Below, piece by piece: positions 1 to 11,989 of a stretch of 64,000 nucleotides of DNA. This stretch comes from Eledone cirrhosa (Eukaryota): NCBI GenBank assembly GCA_964016885.1, contig OZ024741.1, forward strand, positions 164,548,001-164,612,000, given 5' to 3'. Within the stretch, counting starts at the first letter, position 1. Every line of letters begins with the position of its first letter. The position numbers and the translations under genes were made by a program. The notes beneath the pieces were generated by a model, which ran no database searches, was not told the origin of the DNA, and was given only the letters and a program-made list of their open reading frames with translations.

Positions 1-182
1 TACACAAACAACTAGTTTGTTAAAACACTAATAAACTATAGGGTTTATCTTACACAAACAACTAGTTTGTTAAAACACTAATAAACTATAGGGTTTATCT
101 TACACAAACAACTAGTTTGTTAAAACACTAATAAACTATAGGGTTTATCTTATGCAAACTACTAATTTGTCAAAACACTAAT
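1..182. repeat. 50-bp tandem repeat, about 3.6 copies visible
   Basis: tacacaaacaactagtttgttaaaacactaataaactatagggtttatct repeated. Confidence 0.95.
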
Positions 183-659
183 ATCCCAGTTTCTATGATT
201 GTTCATGTTCTCAGTGCATTACTGGTGCTTTATTTTATCAACCTCACAAGGATGAAAGGCAAAGCTAACCTCGGTGGGATTTGAACTCAGACTGTAAAGA
301 GGTGTAACTGTATGCTGCAAAGCATGGCGTCTGACCCGCTATCGATAACCAATAATAATAATCACATTTTCTCTGTAATATTACAACAGGAAGTGTAGGT
401 ATATGTATCTACTCCATTGAACTCTCTATTTCCATCACTTGAAAACACACACCCTATACATATACTGTATACAACCTCTACAAACTCTATATAGCTTCTA
501 TACACAACCTCTAACCAACACAGATTTAATCTTTCCTGACCATATTTTCAATGAATTACACTCTATTTCAATTATTTAATGAAGAATTTGGAAGGGTTTA
601 CAAAAGATCATTGGTTATTTCATTACTAAGATGATAACTTAACATATGGGTCTTATATA

Positions 660-890
660 AAACTATGCTGGAAGAGGCCCGATACTATAGGCATGTGGTT
701 AGAATGCCTCAGGAAAGAATCGCTGGACATATTTTCCCGGCAAAACCAACAGGTAGGAGACCCAGGTGTAGACCTCGAGCAAGATAGATAACATCCATGA
801 GTTTGGTTGGTCTCGTTTGGGGATCCAGCCAGATCAGTTAGACATGGTTGCTTCTGACAAGACCCTCTCAGGAATAAGTGGGTGAAGAAG
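660..890 (+). mobile_element. Decayed LINE 3' fragment (RTE-like)
   Basis: RYYRHVVRMPQERIAGHIFPAKPTGRRPRCRPRAR. Related pieces at about 14580-14790 and 31700-31800. Confidence 0.6.
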
Positions 891-1225
891 AAGGGTAGTT
901 TTGTTACATGGAACCTGAGCCACTTTTGCCTAGGTTGGTATTAAAAGAGTTAAAACTTTTCTCCAATCCTTCCTTTCCAGATTTGCATTCTATCATTGCT
1001 TTCCTTCCAATTCCTAATCTGATTGACTGGTAACTCCCACTTGCCCATCACACTGTTATCTGATGATTGAAGAAGAATCTGATGCAGCAACCCACCTTAT
1101 AGAGAAACAATACTATCGCTGTCACTTGTACTGGAGTATGACTTCGTGGCATGCATGTAATAACATGGCTGCAGTCTAATGACTGAAACTAGTAAAACAA
1201 TGTATACACACACACACACACACAC

Positions 1226-1540
1226 ATCATCATCATTTTACGTCCGCTTTTTCCCTGCTTGCAAGGGTGGGATGGGAACTGATTCTGGCTTGATTTCTAC
1301 AGCTGGATGCCCTTCCTAACATCAACCTCATTTACAGTGAGTGCTGGGTGCTTTTTTTCTGTGGCGCCTACACGTCCACCTTACCAGTCCCTATCATCTC
1401 ATTTCTACAGCTGAGTAAACTGGAGCAATGTGAAATAAAGTGTCTTGCTCAAGGAAACAACACATCACCCGGTCTGAGAATTGAACTCACAACTTTTCGA
1501 TTACAAGCCCAATGCTCTAACCACTAAGCTGTGTGCCTCC
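1226..1540 (-). mobile_element. tRNA-derived SINE family 1 (tRNA head, CORE-like and Meta-like segments, RTE-like tail, (TGA)n end)
   Basis: A box (c/t)ggcttagtgg-like, B box gttcaattc, ccttgagcaagacacttt, gaagggcatccagc, 3' cggacgtaaaatgatgatg. About 10 near-identical copies in the window. Confidence 0.85.
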
Positions 1541-1554
1541 ATATATATATATAT

Positions 1555-1644
1555 TTATTATTAGTATTAAAAGTTTCAGAAGATCCCACTTAGGGTGAAA
1601 GCAGAAACTCTTTGCTTAAAGTTATAATCTGTACTAATAATAAA
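1555..1644 (+). ncRNA. Decayed hammerhead motif in a TA-flanked element
   Basis: aaagttt-CAGAAGA (one change from CTGAAGA)-tccc actta gggt-GAAA-gcagaaactctttgc-TT^aaag. Outer stem ttattattagta/tactaataataa. A related 3' half lies at 34983-35030. Confidence 0.55.
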
Positions 1645-1780
1645 TATGTCTATGGGTTTATATATACTTTATATATATATATATATATACAATCCTTATA
1701 AGGTCCTCTTTGGATTTTGGTCTTTGCATGTATTATTACTATATATATCTATATCTCTCTCTCTATATATATATATATAT

Positions 1781-2174
1781 ATCATCATTTTCATCATCAT
1801 TTTACGTCCGCTTTTCCATGTTTGCAAGGGTGGGATGGGAACTGATTCTGGCTTGATTTCTACAGCTGGATGCCCTTCCTAACACTAACCTCATTTACAG
1901 TGAGTGCTGGGTGCTTTTTTGCCGTGGCACCTCCACGACCACTTTGCAGTGGAATGATAGGGAACCCAGTCCCTATCATCTCATTTCTACAGCTGAGTAA
2001 ACTGGAGCAATGTGAAATAAAGTGTCTTGCTCAAGGAAACAACACATCACCCGGTCTGAGAATTGAACTCACAACCTTTCGATTGCAAGGCCGAAAGGTT
2101 GTGAGTTCAATTCTCAGACCGGGTGATGTGTTGCTTCCTTGAGCAAGACACTTTATTTCACATTGCTCCAGTTT
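1781..2174 (-). mobile_element. SINE family 1 copy with 5' fold-back inversion
   Basis: 2093-2174 is the reverse complement of about 1999-2081 and ends in a TA array. Confidence 0.85.
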
Positions 2175-2465
2175 ATATATATATGGTATCAAAGATATGA
2201 CAACCTCCCTAGACACCCCACCCCCCAAAATGCCTAAAATTATGCAAGCATAAAGAAGCACACACACACACACATTATATATACAGATGCATATTATGAA
2301 ATGGAAAGGACTATCCAATATCTATGTTGTAGGATTAGAAAGAAAGAGATGTGTTTAAGATATAAAAATAAAAAGAAGAAGAAGAAGGAGGAGGAGAGGA
2401 AAAAGAGGGAGATGAGGGGAGAGATAGACCAAATGTGAGAGTGTTTCAGTTTAAAGATGACGTAC

Positions 2466-2544
2466 CTTGCCGGTGAATCATGCCTCCATGCATGATCCGT
2501 GCTACTAAGCAACGGCCTTCTTCATTTACTTTCAAAGTAATACC
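2466..2544 (-). CDS. CASK: CASK/LIN-2 coding exon, N-terminal part of the PDZ domain (79 nt)
   Basis: Minus strand: ttattccag acceptor, [26 protein letters not shown]+G, gtacgt donor. Matches recalled CASK PDZ sequence ([27 protein letters not shown]) and continues in frame from the 8259-8450 exon. Too short to appear in the ORF track. Confidence 0.95.
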
Positions 2545-3427
2545 CTGGAATAACAACAACAGCAATAATAACTTATTTTAATATAGGCAAAAGGACAGCA
2601 ATTTGTGGGAAGGGGAAGGTCAATTGTATTGACTCCAGTACATTATGGTTAATTTATCAATGCTCCCTCTCCCCAGAAAGATGAAAGGTAAAAGGGGCAT
2701 AACTAATACTGCAAATCATTTTGTCTGGCACTCTAATAATTCTGCCAATACATTGCCCCTTAAGAATAATGTTAATTGTTTCTTACTTAGGCACAAGGCC
2801 AGAATTATTCAGGGGCTGTAGTGGGGGTATTAATCTATTAAATTGATCCCAGTACTTGTCATTAATTAAAATAGAATAATCACTCACTCTGATCGATCAA
2901 CAAGATCCCAGACCTCATCCACTTACCAAGTGAGGTGGACTTATCAAATTGGACCAAGGAAACAATGTTTCGATTGGCCTTTCCAATGCTGATACTATCT
3001 ACTGGTCGCAACTCCTGGTAGAAGGAGCAACATGAAATAAAATGTCTTTCTCAAGAACACAACTCATCACCTGGTCTGAGAATTGAACTAGCAACCTCAT
3101 GATGTGAATTTATTCTGTGGAAACTCCAGCTAAATATTTAAGTATATTGAAGTCTTAAGCCTTTTGATACCATATTACCATAAAATGTCCTTGGTTCTAG
3201 GATAAAAATTCTGTTTATTTTAAAATGTTTGTTTATCTAAAAATATTCCATCATAATTTTATATAAGAACCTTTATTATGTTATGTTCTAAACACCAATA
3301 TAATAATGAGAAAGTAGGTTATATTACTAAATCTCACTAAATTCTTGATGACTTTCAAAATTATTTGAAAATCATAAACACTGCTTTTCGTTAAAAATAT
3401 GGTAACAAAGGGTTAACATGATCAGTC

Positions 3428-3812
3428 CTAGCTCACCATATGACCTAGACTAGTTTGCTACATGACCTGACCTAGCCTAGCTCACCACATGACTTGATCC
3501 AATTTACCATATGAGTTAGCCTAGTTTGCTACATGAACTGACCTAGCTTACCACTTGACCTGTCCTAGTTTGCTACATGGCCTGACCTAGCTTACCACTT
3601 AACCTGACCTAGTTTGCTACATGACCTGACCTAGCTTACCACTTGACCTGTCCTAGTTTTCTACATGACCTGACCTAGCTTACTACTTAACCTGACCTAG
3701 TTTGCTACATGACCTGACCTAGCTTACCACTTGACCTGATCTAGCTTACCATTTGCCCTAGTCTAGTTTGCTACATGACCTGATCTAGCTTACCCCTTGA
3801 CCAGACCTGCCT
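3428..3812. repeat. Minisatellite of about 19-21 bp units
   Basis: tgacctgacctagcttaccact and tgacctagtttgctaca units alternate. Confidence 0.9.
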
Positions 3813-4133
3813 TATTTCAGCTGAACTAGAATGTTTTCTACTCTAGAATAGCATATACAGAAACCACATCATACGATGGCTGTAGCCCGGTTATATCCAT
3901 TACCTCCATATTATTAATTGGTGTAGGTTTGCTTGTTAATATACTGGAAGTGTTTTGGGTATAGTTCTGAAGGGCGTAATTTATTTTAATTTATGTCAAG
4001 TGTAGTATGTATCAGGTGGAGTTTATGTTTATGGATTATATTTGCTTGAGTACATTAATAGCATTGCTTGGGAGTTGCTTTGTTTGCATTGGTGTTAAGG
4101 TTATCATTATCCTCAATCCTGCCATTTAATGGT

Positions 4134-4166
<33 letters not shown>

Positions 4167-4600
4167 GAAAGATTTGAATGGATACAGTTTAGTTGAAAGG
4201 AATTTATTGACACGTGTTTCTATAACAGTTACATAACCTAAAACAGCTATCTACAAACTTTTAGTTATGCAGACATTCAATATTTCAATGTTATTATTTA
4301 CTGTCATTTCATCAGAATAATATTACTGGGGACCTATTTAGTTTTTATAGAGAATATTAGGAGGGAGGGGTGAAGTTGTTGGAAGAATAGTTGAAGGAGT
4401 GGTTTTTCGATAGCAGTGAGAATTCTTGGTGGCAGTGAGTAATTAGATTCCCATCTGTTGTTTTGACATTTTTTATAGAATATATTATTGGTTATTTTTC
4501 TAAATCTATAGAAGGATTAGAGATAGTAAAGATATGCGTGGTTGGTTTTGTGTTTGCACTTAATTAACATTCAGACTTAAATTTTTCTTTCAAGTGTACG
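4167..4600 (-). mobile_element. 3' remnant of a Penelope-like retroelement (decayed ORF end, HHR, tail, TA array)
   Basis: Frameshifted minus-strand translation near 4400-4500 (LEK*PIIY...NNR...LITHCHQEFSLLS) loosely resembles PLE GIY-YIG C-termini (EK..I...LNKRSELISKCRH.NKFLL). It lies directly upstream of the HHR. Confidence 0.45.
4204..4320 (-). ncRNA. Type I hammerhead ribozyme motif, PLE type, with 88-nt helix II
   Basis: Minus strand: UUAUU-CUGAUGA-[aAUGACAGU...ACUGUUAUa long hairpin]-GAAA-CACGUG-UC^AAUAA. Intact core, palindromic helix III, GUC triplet, 5-bp helix I. First helix II pair is an A.A mismatch. Confidence 0.75.
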
Positions 4601-4884
4601 TATCCTTTCACCCACGCATTCACACACAAATATATTTGCACACCTCTACAAAATACATATACTCACAATTCACATATTCATACTTACATATATATACACA
4701 TGCATACACATATATATACACACATGTATTCATGTACATACATACGCGCTCATGTGTATACATTTTCATACTCAACTTATCTTTATATACACACGTATAG
4801 ACACACTCATATATACATACATACTTTAGTCCATGTGTACACACATACACATACTTACACATCCATATACACATATATACATAC

Positions 4885-4941
<57 letters not shown>

Positions 4942-5203
4942 CATATATACATACACATACATATACACATATATACATACATATATATATATAAGCACTT
5001 TAATACATGAATACACTTACATCTAACTATACACATCAAACATATATATATATTTACTTATTTATATACATTTTCACATATATATACATACTTATGGACG
5101 TTTTTAGACACATTCATTATCGCATATTTGTACCTATTCTCATCAGCATATCTTTTGATAATCTACTGTGTGTAATATTTATATTACAACACAACGGAAA
5201 ATA

Positions 5204-5239
<36 letters not shown>

Positions 5240-5241
<2 letters not shown>

Positions 5242-5425
5242 GAAAAAGTATGACCCCGACAGCAGAGCCCAAGCCGTTTCGACGGCTATTTCTGAGAAAT
5301 AGCCATCGAAACGGCTTGAGCTCTGCCGTCGGGGTCATACTTTTTCCTATTACCCACTCTACTACCCTAAGTATTGAGTACTCTGGTGCGTTATGGTCCA
5401 TCTGATTCCTTACCACAATTCCTTC
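5240..5425 (+). mobile_element. TA-inserted palindromic half-hammerhead element, family A copy 1
   Basis: 109-bp palindrome 5240-5348 (axis 5294), GAAA-CGGC..GCCG-TC^GGGGTC at 5308-5336, shared tail tacccactctactaccctaagtattgagtactctggtg, TA arrays on both sides. Confidence 0.8.
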
Positions 5426-5848
5426 TATATATATATATTAATATCAATGTTTCTATTTAATTTATATATACGAAACACAAACATTAAATGAATAAAGAAC
5501 TCAGTATGCAAAATAGATTTAAATATTTTTTTTACAAAGTGACAGTTGCATTGAAATATCCCCAAATTTGGTTTTTTAAACTGTCAGTTTGAAATATTGT
5601 ATTTGATGAAAGTTTTAAGTAACTGTCACATTGTAAATGTGTGTTTGAGTGCATGTGTGTGTGGCTATTACTACTTCATATACATGTGTTCTTCAGTGGT
5701 GGTGGTGTGTATATGAGAATAACTACTATTTATAGATGGATGGCCTTTCAAATATTAACCACCTCTTTACTTGATGTTATCAGGATGGAGTTGGCCACCA
5801 GCAAGAGTGAAAGCACTTAAGTTGGAATTACTATTTCAATGCTTATAT

Positions 5849-6188
5849 GGAGGCACACGGCTTAGTGGTTAGAGCCTTGCAATCGAAAGATTGGGAGTTC
5901 AATTCTCAGACCAGGTGATGTGTTGTTTCCTTGAGCAAGACACTTTATTTCACATTGCTCCAGTTTACTCAGCTGTAGAAATGAGATGATAGGAGTGGGG
6001 TCCCTATCATTCCACTGCAACGTGGTCGTGGAGGTGCCATGGCAAAAAAGCACCCAGCCCTCACTGTAAATGAGGTTGGTGTTAGGAAGGGCATCCAGCT
6101 GTAGAAATCAAACCAGAATCAGTTCCCGTCCCACCCTTGCAAGCAGGGAAAAGTGGACGTAAAATGATGATGATGATGAAGATGATGA
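5849..6188 (+). mobile_element. SINE family 1 copy, the only full plus-strand copy seen
   Basis: ggaggcacacggcttagtggttagagc...ggacgtaaaatgatgatg. Confidence 0.85.
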
Positions 6189-6261
6189 TACTTCGCTATC
6201 CTCCGGGATAATGCTTTCTCTATTCTGCCTGCTGGGGCCATGCATGGAAGATGGACCTTAA

Positions 6262-6482
6262 CCCTTTAGCATTTACATTACTCTATATTTACTATTATAT
6301 TTTCATGGTAAAGGCTTTACCTCACATAATTATCTCACATAATATCAAATCTATGAGATTTTGATATTATTTATTTTGAGAACAATACCTTAAAGTCAGT
6401 ATGAGGAGCCAGTTACGCCCGGTTTGAACGGAAAGAGATAAGAGAATTCTGGCTGGATATGACTGGTTTCAATGCTAAAGGG
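6262..6482. mobile_element. piggyBac-like MITE
   Basis: TTAA-ccctttagcatt...aatgctaaaggg-TTAA. Further copies at about 6718-6930 and inverted at 32853-33096. Confidence 0.75.
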
Positions 6483-7719
6483 TTAATTGATGATGATGGT
6501 GGTGATGATGAAGATGATGTTAATTGCATGCCTAAGCTTGTTAGATGAGTTACTATTAACTTCCTCTTCTATAGTTTCATTTATTAAACATCTCAATCAG
6601 TTCTATCTCTATCATCAAGTATCATATTTCTGTATATGTATATGACCCTACTTTTCATTTGAACTTGGAACATTTATTTTCAATTAAGAGGTATTAATGT
6701 TTTAATCCACTAAGTTACCCTTTACCATTTATATTACTCTATATTTACTATTGTATTTTCACAGTAAAGGCTTTATCTCACGTAATAATCTCACATAATA
6801 TCGAATCTATGAGATATTACTTATTTTGAGAACAAAACCTGAACATCAGTATGAGCAACCAGCAGCCGGTTTGAACAGAAAGAAGTGAGAGAATTCTGGC
6901 CGGATATGGCAGGTTTAAATGCTAAAGTGTTAAACATTTTATTACCAAATTTCGAATAAAATACACCATTTATGTGTTTACAATTTATTCTGAAGATAAA
7001 AAATTTGGAGGAATTTAGTAAAATAACTACTTTTTTAATTAGTAAGATGATGTTTGGAACATTAAGTAACAGATGGTTTTATTAGAAGTACAAACATTTA
7101 AAAATGGGTAGTTCTATATTATAGAACTAGGGTGGTTTGGGCCAGATTGGTATCAAAAGAGTTAACTGTAGTTTGAATGCCTCCACCAGATAAAACTAAA
7201 ATCTAATGTTGCCTTACTTAATAATAAACAACTTTCTGAGTAATTCCCATTTCAGACACTACTGCAGAGTTAATAATAAATGTTAGATGGAAGACTGTAG
7301 AATATACTCCACAGTATGGCAATGAACAAATTCAATATTTGTTAATATTCCTTTCATTATGAGAGAGAAGTTATGAAAGATTTTGGAGCTGTACTTGTTT
7401 GACAAGTGACTTGATTTCAGGCTATGTTGAAACTGAAGTAATTACACTTTGTTTGCGCTATAGAATTGTTAGTGACCAGGTCATAAAATGTGTGACAAAA
7501 ATCTTTTAACACCATCAAATAAATAAAAATGGATATTTGAATGGGTAAAATGACCCTTCTATGATGTAATTATTGGTTTTCTAAGAATCTTTTAATAAAA
7601 TAATTTTCTTATACAAGAAAACTAAAATGATTATGGAAAGGATTGGTTGACTTATAAAGCATTGGGAAATTAGAAATTTGAAAAAGTAGTTGCCACTTTA
7701 CAGACAAATGTAATAATAG

Positions 7720-7885
7720 TTGATAGAGCCTGTAGCAGTGGAGACTTCTGGTGTTCTTGGGCCCTGGACCACATTCCTACTCACTGCTATCGGAGCAGAG
7801 TTTGCTGCCCGCATGTGTGAAGTGGCTGTTCCAACGCATCTCCCTCGCCTCCTCCATGGCAATGTATTTTCCAGCCTGTCAGCCA
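7720..7885 (+). mobile_element. CRE/NeSL-like retrotransposon C-terminal endonuclease fragment
   Basis: PVAVETSGVLGP...FL..IG...WLFQRISLA.LHGNVFS, read across a frameshift. Confidence 0.6.
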
Positions 7886-8258
7886 GGACCCAGAGGCAGA
7901 GAGTAAGTTAGTTGGTAGTGGAGGATACTTGTTCAAACGTCACTTTCACACATGTATTGAATACTTGATTTATAATAATAATCATATTTCTAAGTCATTG
8001 ACAGCTATAAATAGTAGTTGAATAAATTGAGTAAAGTAATCCTGGAGATGGAAAAAGGTGGACAGAGATACCTGAGGGGAATCAAACTACACATCTCTTC
8101 TATGCTGATTTATCTGATCTATTCAACTATCATTTGTAGTTATAACTATTACTATAGTTATCTGCATTAAAAATTTTAAATGTTCATATTAAAAAACAAC
8201 AATTTAAACCAAAAAAATAGTTAAGAATGAAAAAGTCTGAAATGATTTGTCAACTTAC

Positions 8259-8450
8259 CATTGGTTCGTCTGCATTTTTTTGAAACTGAACAAGTCGAAC
8301 CCTGGTGACATTCTCCATGTCTATGTCCCCATCGGAACTATCGACATCAGCATCGCCATTCATGTATGGTTGTTCTGGGGGAGGTGTCACTCGAATAGCT
8401 TCTTCACCATATACTTCATGAGCAACAACATCATGGGCTTGTAACAAACC
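8259..8450 (-). CDS. CASK: CASK/LIN-2 coding exon, end of second L27 domain, linker and start of PDZ (192 nt, phase 0/0)
   Basis: tttttctcttttgattag acceptor, [64 protein letters not shown], gtaagt donor. Closely matches recalled CASK (HDVVAHEVY...RVTPPP...[21 protein letters not shown]). Confidence 0.96.
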
Positions 8451-9829
8451 CTAATCAAAAGAGAAAAATTAAAATGTTAGACAAAGGAATTACCATATAT
8501 ATTTGAATATAAGCCGACCACCTATTTTATGTCCGAGAAATGGGCAAAAATCCAAACCCTGTTTATAAGCTGAGGTGACTAATAAACACATTATGTTTAG
8601 ATGGTTTGGTTTTGAAATTCTCATGTTTATAAAATACATTTACAAAGTTTTAATATTTTGATATTTAAAATGTTTTAAGAATTGTTTAGAATATAGTTTT
8701 TGTTTCACAACTCTATTACATAATGAGTTTCCATTGCGTTAAGTTTCAACAAGTTTCTCAAATTTTTGTTTATTTCTGATCACTCTCATACTAGAAGTAC
8801 TTTGAAAGTAAAAGATTGAATAAGAGAACTTTGTATAGGGAGTAGAAAAGGGAGGAGAGATAGAGCAAAAAAAGAAAAAAAAAGAGTGCAAAAGCAAGGA
8901 GAGAGCAGGAGAGTGAGAACAATAAAACATAAATCTGAAATATGATTAAAAGAAAAAAATATTGTCAGAGAAAAACATGTATGTGTGTGTGTGTGCACGT
9001 GATGCATATATGTGTGTGTGAATGTGTATTAAAAGGTTTAAGTTATAAAAATTTGTTGGAAGTATTTTCAAAGGAATGCATAAATAACACCAACGACAAT
9101 GTAGTAAAGGTAGAAAAACAGTGTTTCAATGTAAAATAATCACTCCAGATATTTTAACAACTTATTTATGTAGAATTTCACCCGGAATATAAGCCGATTC
9201 CTCTAAAACTTTCCATTATTAACACCTTAAAAAATTGTTTAACCTTTTACCAGATTTCTAATAAAATACACTATATTTGAACAAATTTTTTTTTTATTAA
9301 TATACAATAAAATTTATGTTTATAATAGTAAAAACAATTTAATAGAAAGAGAAGAAAATAATTTTAGATTGGGAAGAAAGAATTGAATGTAAAATAAGAA
9401 AATAGAATTAATGAGGATTTTCTAAAGTTATTTCTTTATTAAGATGATATTTGTAATATAACAAAAGGTTCTTGCATATAATTATGATAGAAGATTTTAA
9501 CTTGAATAGGAACCAGAAGTAGTTTTTAGCCTGTTAGTATCAAATGGGATAATTTTCTACACAAGCAAGAGTGGTTATGTACTAGGATGGATATAGAGGC
9601 TTAACTCAGTAAATATAATTGTTTCTACTTTAGGCACAAGGCCAGCAATTTGAAGGGGAGGGGAAAGAAAATTAAATCAACACCAATGCATTACTGGTGC
9701 TTTATTTCATCGACCCCGCAAGGATGAAAGACAAAGCTAACCTCAGCGTGATTTGAACACAGATCAAAAAGGAGGCATAATAAATGGTGCATAATAAATA
9801 AAAGAAGCAATGTTTTATTTTAAAACATA

Positions 9830-9998
9830 CTGTAATTCCCAGCGTTGAAGACGCTACTTTTTTCCTAAAATACGTCTCAAAAATCTACCATGCTTCCTGA
9901 AGGCCGAAGGTTGTTTATTATTTTTTATTCAAATTTTTGGTTGTCAAAATTAGGGTGTGTCCTTGAGGACGAAGTGTCTTCGGCGCCGGGAAATACGG
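9830..9998. mobile_element. pogo/Tigger-like MITE
   Basis: TIRs ctgtaattcccagcgttgaagacgc/gtgtcttcggcgccgggaaatacgg with TA flanks. Confidence 0.7.
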
Positions 9999-10466
9999 TA
10001 CTGAATGTGGCAGGATATTTTCTAGACCAACGGTGGCTTACTTTTCTAAGTGTATCAATTTGAAGCAATATAAATATGAGAAATGAAAAAACTGATATAT
10101 TTAGGAAAGATTAGGAATTCATCATTTTTTTTTATTTGTTTGTTTATTTTCTCAAAAAGATTAGTTCTGCAAGAGAAAGACAATTTTCAACCAAGATGCA
10201 AAACTGTTGTCATGACAATAATAAAACCACTAGAGAAAGATTTGAGGATTTCCAGCAATAGTAATAGTAGCTGCACCATTAATAGCAGTAGTAACAGCAG
10301 CAGCAGCATCATTATTAGGTCACCAACTATTAAGACCATATATACAAACACCATAAACTACTGGCAATATTCCACGTCTCCATTTCAGACAGCATTATTA
10401 AACTTTCACTGAACCAAAGAAATGAATCATTGAATATGTAAATCGCAGAATACCAGAATAGTTTTG

Positions 10467-10716
10467 GAATATCAGAATAGAGATGATACTAACTTGAAAT
10501 ATAGAATCTTAGAACAACAGAATAATTTCGGAATATCAGAATAGAGATGATACTAACTTGAAATATAGAATCTTAGAACAACAGAATAATTTCAGAATAT
10601 CAGAATAGAGATGATACTAACTTGAAATATAGAATCTTAGAACAACAGAATAATTTCAGAATATCAGAATAGAGATGATACTAACTTGAAATATAGAATC
10701 TTAGAACAACAGAATA
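10467..10716. repeat. 59-bp tandem repeat, about 4 copies
   Basis: gaatatcagaatagagatgatactaacttgaaatatagaatcttagaacaacagaataatttc repeated. Confidence 0.95.
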
Positions 10717-11219
10717 CAACCTCTGGGCTTTGGACAGATTTTAGCCTATTTTTATTTTAAACTTACAAACCTTTTCCATTTCTGTTATATTATACCACAC
10801 TCTTCTACACAATAACACTTTGGGCTAGGCTTAGGAATTGCAAAGCCTAATTTATTGTTACATATATATTACAATGCATTTTTGAGTGTACTTGACGAGC
10901 CAAGAGTAGGTTGATTTAACATGGGGACCTTTAGGCACCGAGCCTAATTAGGAGTAATTTTTTCCAATTGGTTTAAGTCCAGCTTTGTTTACACTCTATA
11001 CATCTTTGCACTTTTGCTCGAGTATATCACATTGCAAGTATTAGTACACTACACTCAATATACTGTAGCACTTTTGTTACATTATACCACACTTAAAATA
11101 CTTTTACACCAACACTATATTATACTACACTTCAATTTCGATCTTTAAGTCAATATATTTTGTTAATTTTTTCAATTACTTTCTGGGCTGTGTTATTGTC
11201 TCCAAGGATGGTAACATCA

Positions 11220-11372
11220 ACAATCTGGCATTCAACCTATTTCTGTGTATAACGAAAAATATTAGGTCTATTGTGGTCAAGCCAGCAATCTGTTTGGGTG
11301 ATGAAGTCCCAGAGTATCATGTGTTGTCTCTTATCAAGGACACTTTCTGGGACATGCTGGCACCACTTAATA
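11220..11372 (-). mobile_element. Decayed RLE-type non-LTR retrotransposon fragment (R4/Dong-like)
   Basis: WCQHVPESVLDKRQHMILWDFITQTDCWLDHNRPNI resembles the H.P..V.....ILWDF.IQTD.....NRPDI motif. Confidence 0.65.
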
Positions 11373-11989
11373 TTGTTTTTATTGTTACCATTGTCATCGC
11401 TGTCATTGTTATCATCACCATCATTATTATTATTATTATTATTATTTGGTAGCAGAATAGCTAAGACATGAAAACAATGGACTAAATATTTCATAGCTAA
11501 AATCTCGCTATAGTCAACTTAGCTTCATTTCTATCCATTTGTAGAGGGGGAGTTAAACAACAGAGTACATACACACGGTATAATATAATTTGATTGAATC
11601 AAATATTATCATAGTTATTATTTATATTAATTAAGTCAATTTCTGACACCAACAATGGGTTCAAATTTGGAAAGTATTCAGTTAATAAAATAAACTTATG
11701 GATAAACCAATAAACCTATTATAGAAGGAAAGCGATATATGTCATGTTAAACTGCTAATATCGACACATCAATAACAGCTACACACATACAGAGTTTATC
11801 CAATAGCGCAGTTGTTTGATAACAATAATCTATATTCTGACAAAGAAAATAAAACCAAAATCCATTAGCTTAATAAATGTGTCCATATATGATTGATGAG
11901 GTGGTTGCTTTGCTTAGTCCCTCTACACAAACATCATCACAGACACAATAGACTTTGAGTAAATCTCCACAGAGAAACAGAAAATGAAG

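Noticed and set aside
1870-2142. Recurrent peptide [27 protein letters not shown] in many ORFs
   Set aside because: Antisense translation of SINE family 1, not a gene family.
4268-4315. Alternative short hammerhead using the inner GAAA (tattgaatg-TC)
   Set aside because: Helix I does not pair; the long helix II reading with GAAA-CACGUG-UC fits better.
5849-5915. tRNA gene
   Set aside because: SINE head with A and B boxes; stems are broken and it continues into the SINE body.
8009-8136. Imperfect inverted repeat enclosing CTGGAGA
   Set aside because: No GAAA, helix III or NUH; too degraded to call a ribozyme.
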